From Patescibacteria group bacterium (GTDB lineage Bacteria > Patescibacteriota > Patescibacteriia > UBA2591 > UBA6264): 7,466 nucleotides of DNA. Positions 1-4,880 of this stretch are shown here, one piece after another. The position numbers and the translations under genes are program-made. Below the pieces are notes generated by a model that worked only from the letters and a program-made list of their open reading frames with translations, ran no database searches and was not told the DNA's origin. The stretch's first letter is position 1, and each line of letters starts with the position of its first letter. The stretch is from the NCBI GenBank assembly GCA_028713575.1, contig JAQTOB010000016.1, positions 1 through 7,466 on the forward strand, given 5' to 3'.

Positions 1-2
1 TT

Positions 3-218
3 AAAACCGCTTTAGCCATCAGAGAAATCGCTTTAAAGGAAAAATTTGAAGCAGAAGAAAAAGAAATTGAAGATGAATTGATAAAATTAAAAAAAAATTA
101 TCAAAACCAGGAACAAGCCCTAAAAAATCTTGAATCAGAAAGAGGAAGGGCGTATATTAAAAACTTGATTATCAATCGCAAAGTTATTGAATGGCTAAAG
201 GGCCGGTTAAAAACATAA
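3..218 (+). CDS. tig: Trigger factor, C-terminal fragment (5' part lies outside the window)
   Basis: Frame 3 is open from the window edge to TAA at 216-218. The translation is KTALAIREIALKEKFEAEEKEIEDELIKLKKNYQNQEQALKNLESERGRAYIKNLIINRKVIEWLKGRLKT. It is helical and E/K-rich, with the IA..E.I....EEI..E pattern and a KV.E.L ending that I associate with the trigger-factor C-terminal arm. The call rests on remembered family resemblance over only 71 aa. Confidence 0.5.
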   Translation, partial: KTALAIREIALKEKFEAEEKEIEDELIKLKKNYQNQEQALKNLESERGRAYIKNLIINRKVIEWLKGRLKT

Positions 219-325
219 TTTCAAAAGGGACACAAAACACAGATAACGGGCATTGGACATAAATTGAATCTACTAGAGTAAATTCAAAATGCAAATATTA
301 AGACGCAACCTGCCCGCCGGCAAGC

Positions 326-405
326 AGAAATGAAAATGTAAAATGTAAAATTTTTAATTTTGATCTATCATTTTGCGTTTTAATTTTTAAATTTTAAAAT
401 TAAAA
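326..405. repeat. AT-rich heptad-periodic low-complexity tract in the tig/phosphoesterase spacer
   Basis: Seven-nt units run agaaatg/aaaatgt/aaaatgt/aaaattt/ttaattt across 326-360. They are followed by tgcgtt (374-379) plus ttaatttttaaattttaaa (380-398). A near-identical core, with one extra T, recurs at 4953-4972 and is also preceded by tgcgtt (4939-4944). Confidence 0.45.
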
Positions 406-467
406 AAAGTGTTTCACAAAAAGGATTCACTTTATAAATAAATTATTATTTTATCAAATTAACTAAC

Positions 468-962
468 ATGCATATCGCTATTATTTCCGACTCCCATGAT
501 AATATTCCCAATCTAAAAAAATTCTTTGATTATTGCCAAAAAGAAAAAATAGATACGATTATTCACTGTGGCGATCTTTGTAAAATCAATTGTGTAATTG
601 AATCCTGGCCAAAAAATTTTGAAGCAAAAATACATTTTGTCTACGGTAATGCCGACATCTTGGAAGAATTAAACAATAAAATTTTTTCTAATCTTAAAAT
701 CTACGGACAAATCGGCGAAATCTTTTTAGAAAACAAAAGAATGGCTTTCACTCATTTCCCCGGTCAGGCGAAAAAACTAGGGGAAACGCAAAAATACGAT
801 TATGTCTTCTATGGGCACGACCATAAGCCCTGGGAAGAAACTTTAAAAAAAACGGCATTGGTTAATCCGGGCAATTTAGCCGGTATATTTTATAAAGCAA
901 GTTTTGCTCTTTTAGATCTTGAAAAAAATGAATTATCCCTTAAGATATTAGAGGAGATATAA
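468..962 (+). CDS. Metallophosphoesterase, YfcE/MJ0936 (calcineurin-like phosphoesterase) family
   Basis: The 164-aa ORF carries the ordered metallophosphoesterase motifs: D-x-H (ISDSHDN), GD (IHCGD), GNxD (YGNAD), a middle His (FTHF) and GHxH (YGHDH). The size is typical of the small YfcE-type subfamily. Confidence 0.85.
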   Translation: MHIAIISDSHDNIPNLKKFFDYCQKEKIDTIIHCGDLCKINCVIESWPKNFEAKIHFVYGNADILEELNNKIFSNLKIYGQIGEIFLENKRMAFTHFPGQAKKLGETQKYDYVFYGHDHKPWEETLKKTALVNPGNLAGIFYKASFALLDLEKNELSLKILEEI

Positions 963-964
963 AA

Positions 965-1039
965 GCGGGAGTAGTTCAGCAGTAGAATGCTTCCTTGCCA
1001 AGGAAGAGGTCGCGGGTGCGAATCCCGTCTCCCGCTCCA
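965..1039 (+). tRNA. tRNA-Gly (anticodon GCC), CCA encoded
   Basis: The cloverleaf folds by hand. Acceptor stem is gcgggag/ctcccgc and D-stem is gttc/gaat. Anticodon stem is cttcc/ggaag with loop ttGCCaa. Variable loop is aggtc and T-stem is gcggg/cccgt. The discriminator is t1036 and CCA lies at 1037-1039. The sequence is very close to textbook bacterial tRNA-Gly(GCC), except for D-loop AGCAGTA and T-loop TGCGAAT (see findings). Confidence 0.9.
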
Positions 1040-1061
1040 GTATCAAACTTTCATCTTTTTT

Positions 1062-1148
1062 GCCCAGGTGGTGGAACTGCTATACACGAAGGACTTAAAA
1101 TCCTTTGAGCGCAAGCTCGTGCGGGTTGGACTCCCGCCCTGGGCACCA
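1062..1148 (+). tRNA. tRNA-Leu (anticodon UAA), type II with long variable arm, CCA encoded
   Basis: Acceptor stem is gcccagg/cctgggc and the 3-bp D-stem is gtg/cac. Anticodon stem is aagga/tcctt with loop ctTAAaa. The variable arm is gagc-gcaa-gctc and the T-stem is gcggg/cccgc. The discriminator is a1145 and CCA lies at 1146-1148. Confidence 0.9.
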
Positions 1149-1230
1149 AATGCTTCGCTTAAAGCCAAAAATAAAATCTTAACCCTTTGACAAGACTCAG
1201 GGTTGATGCTGGACGAAGCCGAAGCATCAA
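1149..1230 (+). other. Structured trailer directly 3' of tRNA-Leu(UAA) with mutually exclusive pairings
   Basis: Outer stem 1150-1160 (atgcttcgctt) pairs with 1216-1227 (aagccgaagcat) as 8 bp, a 1-nt bulge, then 3 bp. It encloses hairpin 1181-1186/1199-1204 (aaccct/agggtt). The alternative local hairpin 1203-1210/1223-1230 (ttgatgct/agcatcaa, 8 bp) reuses the same agcat segment. Confidence 0.3.
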
Positions 1231-1317
1231 AAATAAAAAACTGGAATTAAAATAAATATATTCATCTTATTTATTATTAAGACTAGGAAAAAATTAGTAA
1301 GAACTTTTTGGAAATTC

Positions 1318-1350
1318 AAAGCTCCTCTATTTAAGGGAGCTTTAAATTTT
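1318..1350 (+). terminator. Candidate intrinsic terminator downstream of the phosphoesterase/tRNA cluster
   Basis: Hairpin aaagctcc (1318-1325) / ggagcttt (1336-1343) has a 10-nt loop. Its GC core is gctcc/ggagc, followed by tttaaatttt. The U-tract is interrupted, so this is a weak call. The reverse strand is also T-rich after the stem. Confidence 0.3.
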
Positions 1351-1358
1351 ATCAATGC

Positions 1359-1387
1359 TTGTTTGCAAAAGATGTTTGTGATATGAT
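1359..1387 (+). promoter_or_regulatory. Candidate sigma70-type promoter for the glycosyltransferase gene
   Basis: TTGTTT (1359-1364), a 17-nt spacer, then TATGAT (1382-1387), about 40 nt upstream of the ATG at 1429. An overlapping alternative is TTGTGA (1376-1381), 16 nt, TATAAA (1398-1403). Such matches arise easily in AT-rich DNA. Confidence 0.2.
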
Positions 1388-1428
1388 TAGGTTAAATTAT
1401 AAAAAACGGTTGTAATTCCCGATAAAAA

Positions 1429-3048
1429 ATGAAAGAAAAAATTTACAATATTTTTCTAAAGGGTTGGCGTCCATTTTTTTGGCTGGTTTTAATCGGCTTC
1501 ATCCTCTACGCTAAAACCCTTTCCTTTAATTTCGTTTATCTGGATGACAATCGCCTTATTTTGGATCTCCGAGATTTTATAACCAATCCGGCAAACATTA
1601 TAAAAAGTTTTCAAGAGGACGTTTTTATTTCTTCTCCAGACGCTTATTACCGTCCGCTTCTGACCGTGTCGCTGATTTTCAACGCCCTGATTGCCGGTAC
1701 TTCGCCGGCCCTTTACCATCTGACCAACATTATTATCCACATTCTGGCCGGCTACCTTCTTTTCCTGGTCCTGATGAAACTGAATTACCGAAAGGAGTTG
1801 TCTTTCGCCGCCAGCCTGATTTTCGTCGTCCATCCGGTCCTGACGCAGGCCGTGGCCTGGATTCCCGGCCGGAACGATTCTTTAATGGCTGTGTTTTTGT
1901 TCTCTTCTTTTTATTTCTTCCTGCGTTTTTTGGAAAAAAACCGGAGGAAAAACTGTTTTTTCCATTTATTGTTCTTCCTCCTGGCCCTTTTAACCAAAGA
2001 ATCCTCTTTATTCTTGCCGCTACTGGTAATCTTTTATTTTCAATTCATTCATCAAGAAAAAATTCCTTTTTGCCATAAAACCTGGTTTTTAGTCGGTTGG
2101 GCAACGGCCATCGCCGCCTGGTTTTTATTAAGGCAAAACGCTTTTCGGGTTCCTTTGGAAATGGGATTAGGTGACTTGATAAAATCCGTTTGCCAAGGAT
2201 TGCCGGCTTTGCCACAGTTTATCGGCAAAGTTATTTTTCCTTTTAATTTAACAGTTTTGCCCATTATTCAAGATACAAGTTTTATTTATGGAATTATTGC
2301 TTTTGTTTTAATTGTCGGCCTGATTATTTTTTCCAAAACTAAACGTTGGAATTATCTTATTTTCGGATTTTTCTGGTTTTTAGTTTTTCTTTTACCGTCT
2401 TTTATCCGACCCAATGCTGAAATTGTCGTCGATTTTCTTGAACACCGGCTATACGTCCCTTTGGTCGGATTATTGATCGTTTTTTTGGAAATTGCCGGAT
2501 TAAAATCAAACAATGGGAATAAAAAATGGATAGCAATTATTTTTCTTGCCACCATTTTTTCAATCATCACCTTTTTCCATAGCAACAATTTCCAAAACCG
2601 CCTGGTTTTTTGGCAAAAGGCGGCAAAAAATTCTCCACACTCACCCTTGGCACAGAGAAATTTAGGGGCGATGTATTTTTTAGACCAGCGGTATCAAGAA
2701 GCGGAACAATATTTTAAAAAAGCCGAAGCCTTAAATCCCTTTGAACCAATGGTCCATAATAATCTCGGTTTGATTTATTTTAACCAAAACGATTTTGACA
2801 AAGCGGAAGCGGAATTTGAACAGGAAATAAAAATAAATCCTAATTATGATAATGTCTATTTCAATTACGGTTTATTAAAACAAAAACAAAATAAAAATGA
2901 AGAGGCGATTGCTCTTTGGGAGAAAACTATTAAAATAAATCATTATTATCTTGGCGCTTATGCTATGTTGATAAATGTCTATCAGGAACAAGGAAATGAG
3001 GAGAAGAAAAATGAATGGACGGAAAAAATGGAAAAAATAAAAAGATGA
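1429..3048 (+). CDS. Polytopic membrane GT-C-fold glycosyltransferase (PMT/ArnT/TMTC-like) with C-terminal TPR domain
   Basis: The ORF is 539 aa. The first ~390 aa contain about 10 hydrophobic segments. The first extracytoplasmic loop has FVYLDDNRLI, resembling the acidic DD/DE motif of GT-C enzymes. The last ~140 aa form 3-4 TPR repeats, for example AQRNLGAMYFLDQRYQEAEQYFKKAEALNP, HNNLGLIYFNQNDFDKAEAEFEQEIKINP and YFNYGLLKQKQNKNEEAIALWEKTIKIN. Confidence 0.85.
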   Translation: MKEKIYNIFLKGWRPFFWLVLIGFILYAKTLSFNFVYLDDNRLILDLRDFITNPANIIKSFQEDVFISSPDAYYRPLLTVSLIFNALIAGTSPALYHLTNIIIHILAGYLLFLVLMKLNYRKELSFAASLIFVVHPVLTQAVAWIPGRNDSLMAVFLFSSFYFFLRFLEKNRRKNCFFHLLFFLLALLTKESSLFLPLLVIFYFQFIHQEKIPFCHKTWFLVGWATAIAAWFLLRQNAFRVPLEMGLGDLIKSVCQGLPALPQFIGKVIFPFNLTVLPIIQDTSFIYGIIAFVLIVGLIIFSKTKRWNYLIFGFFWFLVFLLPSFIRPNAEIVVDFLEHRLYVPLVGLLIVFLEIAGLKSNNGNKKWIAIIFLATIFSIITFFHSNNFQNRLVFWQKAAKNSPHSPLAQRNLGAMYFLDQRYQEAEQYFKKAEALNPFEPMVHNNLGLIYFNQNDFDKAEAEFEQEIKINPNYDNVYFNYGLLKQKQNKNEEAIALWEKTIKINHYYLGAYAMLINVYQEQGNEEKKNEWTEKMEKIKR

Positions 3049-3087
3049 CTTGATAAAATACAAACGAAATAGTAAAATTTATTGTCT

Positions 3088-3170
3088 GCGGACGTGACGG
3101 AACCTGGTAGACGTGTAGGACTTAGGATCCTATGGGGAAACCCGTGTGGGTTCAAATCCCACCGTCCGCA
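3088..3170 (+). tRNA. tRNA-Leu (anticodon UAG), type II, CCA not encoded
   Basis: Acceptor stem is gcggacg/cgtccgc and D-stem is acg/cgt, with the canonical GG-containing D-loop gaacctggtaga. Anticodon stem is tagga/tccta with loop ctTAGga. The variable arm is tggggaaacccgt. T-stem is gtggg/cccac with the canonical T-loop ttcaaat. The discriminator is a3170 and is followed by ccc rather than cca. Confidence 0.9.
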
Positions 3171-3299
3171 CCCTCCTACTCCGCCAGTCGGCGGATTCAG
3201 AGGGCGGGAATATCTATAATCCATCCTCATCTTACTGTCCGTAAAAAAAGATGAGAAAAATGGTTTAATCCCGCCCTCGGCGCCAAAATATTTTTTTAT
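3171..3299. other. GC-rich structured intergenic element (candidate tRNA trailer/terminator or small RNA)
   Basis: Hairpin tccgcc-agtc-ggcgga spans 3180-3195. A perfect 10-bp stem, gagggcggga (3200-3209) / tcccgccctc (3269-3278), encloses ccat/atgg (3221-3224/3260-3263) and ctcatctt/aagatgag (3226-3233/3248-3255). A T7 run at 3291-3297 follows. The GC content contrasts with the AT-rich surroundings. Strand and function are undetermined. Confidence 0.35.
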
Positions 3300-3395
3300 C
3301 AAAATTACACCAAATTGAAAATTTCGCTCTATAGCCATTTATTGATGCGGGTTTTAGAAGGAACGTTTAGGGGGTCAGACCCCATCTATCAAATC

Positions 3396-4526
3396 TTATT
3401 TTTCTATAACCCCGCCGCCCAAAACTTCATCTTTGTTATAGAAAACCGCTGATTGGCCGGGAGTGACCGCTTTTTGCGGTTTTTTTAGTTTCACGTCTAA
3501 TTTTCCGTTTTGCTGCCATTTTAGAAAATCCACTAAAATATCGGGGTGACAGTATCTTATTTTAACTGTAATTTTTTTCTTATTTTTTATTTCCTTCCCA
3601 TCAAGCCAATTGATTCTACCAACTGTAAATTCTTTTTGATACAGGTCTTTTTCTCCTCCGACAGTTAAAGTATTGTTACCATTGTCCATCTTCACCACAT
3701 AAAACGGTCTTTTCTGCCCTTTAATCAGCCCTTTTCTTTGTCCCACTGTATAGAAGGGCAAGCCCTGATGTTCTCCAATAATTTTACCGCGTAAATTTTT
3801 GATTACTCCTTTTTTTGTTTTCCTCCGTAAATTGTTTTTAAGAAATTTTCGGTAGTCGTTATCGGGAATAAAACAAATCTCGTGCGACTCTTTTTGTTCT
3901 TTAATTAATAATTTATTTTTAACAGCAATTTTTTTAACTTCTTCTTTGGTTAAATCACCTAAGGGGAAAATAATTTTTTTTAGCTGAGATTGCTTTAAAC
4001 GGTATAAAAAATACGATTGGTCCTTAGCTTTGTCTTTGGCCTTTAATAATTTGTAAATTGTTCGATTTTTGGAATTTGTGATTTGGGATTTGTTTGAAAT
4101 TTGAAATTTGAAATTTGAAATTTCACGCGTTATCCGCGCGTAGTGTCCGGTAGCTAAAAAGTTCGCTCCTAATTTTTCTGCTTTTTTTAGCAATAATCCG
4201 AATTTTATTTTTTCGTTGCACCAAATACACGGATTGGGAGTCCTGCCGTTTGCATATTCTTTGGCAAATGGTTTAATTATCTCTCTTTTAAATTCTTTTT
4301 CCAAATTAACAACATAATGGGGAATTTTTAATCTTTGACAAATAATTTTGGCATTTTTTATCGCCGACTTACCAAATGAGCCCGAAAACATGGTTAAACC
4401 GAAAATTTGGTATTTTCCTTGCAATAAAAAAGCGGCGACAGCCGAATCAATGCCGCCAGACATAGCAATGGCTACCATTTTGTTGTTATTTTTTTTCACT
4501 TTTCTTTTGGTAATTTTCAATCGCAT
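3396..4526 (-). CDS. mnmA: tRNA-specific 2-thiouridylase MnmA (tRNA U34 2-thiolation)
   Basis: PP-loop motif AMSGGIDSAV is present. Catalytic Cys motifs are NPCIWCNEKIKF and SHEICFI, with KDQSYFLY also present. The C-terminus is PGQSAVFYNKDEVLGGGVIEK. The longest ORF starts at 4526 and overlaps iscU by 41 nt. Homology begins at the internal ATG at 4478 (MVAIAMSGGIDS), which lies 7 nt after the iscU stop and may be the true start. Confidence 0.92.
   Translation of the reverse strand: MRLKITKRKVKKNNNKMVAIAMSGGIDSAVAAFLLQGKYQIFGLTMFSGSFGKSAIKNAKIICQRLKIPHYVVNLEKEFKREIIKPFAKEYANGRTPNPCIWCNEKIKFGLLLKKAEKLGANFLATGHYARITREISNFKFQISNKSQITNSKNRTIYKLLKAKDKAKDQSYFLYRLKQSQLKKIIFPLGDLTKEEVKKIAVKNKLLIKEQKESHEICFIPDNDYRKFLKNNLRRKTKKGVIKNLRGKIIGEHQGLPFYTVGQRKGLIKGQKRPFYVVKMDNGNNTLTVGGEKDLYQKEFTVGRINWLDGKEIKNKKKITVKIRYCHPDILVDFLKWQQNGKLDVKLKKPQKAVTPGQSAVFYNKDEVLGGGVIEK
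4074..4124. repeat. Heptanucleotide tandem repeat inside the mnmA coding sequence
   Basis: On the plus strand, degenerate units aatttgtg/atttggg/atttgtt are followed by four perfect tttgaaa units (4093-4120) and then tttc. On the coding strand this reads gaaatttcaaatttcaaatttcaaatttcaaacaaatcccaaatcacaaatt and encodes EISNFKFQISNKSQITNS (aa 135-152 counted from the 4526 start). Confidence 0.8.
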
Positions 4527-4872
4527 CTTTTAACGCCTGCTCGGCTAAAACCGTACAATGATATTTATGCGGGGGCATTTCACCTAATATTTCTCTAATC
4601 CTTTTGCTGGATATCTTTAACGCCTCTTCCAATGTTTTCCCTTTAACCAACTCTGTTAAAACCGAAGTAGAAGCGATGGCGGCGGCGCAACCAAAGGTCT
4701 GGAATTTAATATTTTTGATGATATTATTTTCCACTTTAAGGTAAATTTCCATAATATCCCCACAGGTGATATTGCCCACTTTGCCAATCGCATCAGGATT
4801 ATCAAGTTTTCCAACATTGCGCGGGTGAAGAAAGTGGTCCATAAGTTCGCTATTTTTATCAAATTGTCCCAT
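4486..4872 (-). CDS. iscU: Fe-S cluster assembly scaffold, IscU / NifU N-terminal domain
   Basis: The ORF is 128 aa and has the three conserved cluster-ligand Cys contexts: GNITCGD, FQTFGCAAAIASTS and PPHKYHCTVLAEQALKDAI. Confidence 0.9.
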   Translation of the reverse strand: MGQFDKNSELMDHFLHPRNVGKLDNPDAIGKVGNITCGDIMEIYLKVENNIIKNIKFQTFGCAAAIASTSVLTELVKGKTLEEALKISSKRIREILGEMPPHKYHCTVLAEQALKDAIENYQKKSEKK

Positions 4873-4880
4873 ATAATTTT

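Noticed and set aside
289-333. 14-codon mini-ORF (MQILRRNLPAGKQK) covering the only GC-rich patch (cctgcccgccggcaagcag) of the tig/phosphoesterase spacer
   Set aside because: It is too short, has no ribosome-binding site and cannot be supported from sequence alone. The GC patch forms only a 4-bp stem (tgcc/ggca or ctgc/gcag) without a U-tract, so it is not called as a terminator either.
987-1190. 67-aa plus-strand ORF (MLPCQGRGRGCESRLP...)
   Set aside because: It reads straight through tRNA-Gly and tRNA-Leu(UAA). Its GC-rich, Arg/Gly/Pro-rich translation is typical of an artefact over tRNA genes, and it has no independent coding signal.
1489-1833. 114-aa antisense ORF inside the glycosyltransferase gene
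   Set aside because: It exists only because the GC-rich codon island has few stop codons on the opposite strand. It has no start context, and the sense-strand gene is clearly the real one.
2052-3063. Three short antisense ORFs (2052-2264, 2352-2588, 2875-3063) within the glycosyltransferase gene
   Set aside because: All are fully nested antisense to a strongly supported CDS. They are Lys/Phe/Ile-rich low-complexity products of AT-rich sequence.
3269-3287. Reading 3181-3288 as a complete additional tRNA gene ending in GCCA
   Set aside because: No 5' acceptor strand complementary to cctcggc exists upstream, and no D-arm or anticodon arm can be drawn. Only the T-stem/acceptor 3' half resemblance holds, so it is reported as a finding rather than a tRNA feature.
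2982-3338. 118-aa minus-strand ORF overlapping the glycosyltransferase 3' end, tRNA-Leu(UAG) and the structured spacer
   Set aside because: It is antisense to a tRNA; the GRWDLNPHG-type peptide is the classic antisense-tRNA translation. It also overlaps a well-supported CDS and has low-complexity ends. It is spurious.
3371-3383. Palindromic hairpin ggggt-cag-acccc, 12 nt downstream of the mnmA stop, as an mnmA terminator
   Set aside because: It has only 5 bp with a 3-nt loop and no U-tract on the minus strand (it is followed by ctaaacgttcc). This is insufficient for an intrinsic-terminator call.
85-3983. Long homopolymer runs inside coding regions (A9 at ~87-95 in tig, A8 at ~843-850 in the phosphoesterase, T8 at 3976-3983 in mnmA) as programmed frameshift or phase-variation sites
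   Set aside because: Such A/T runs mainly encode Lys or Phe stretches. They are expected at this base composition, and no alternative-frame ORF continues from them.
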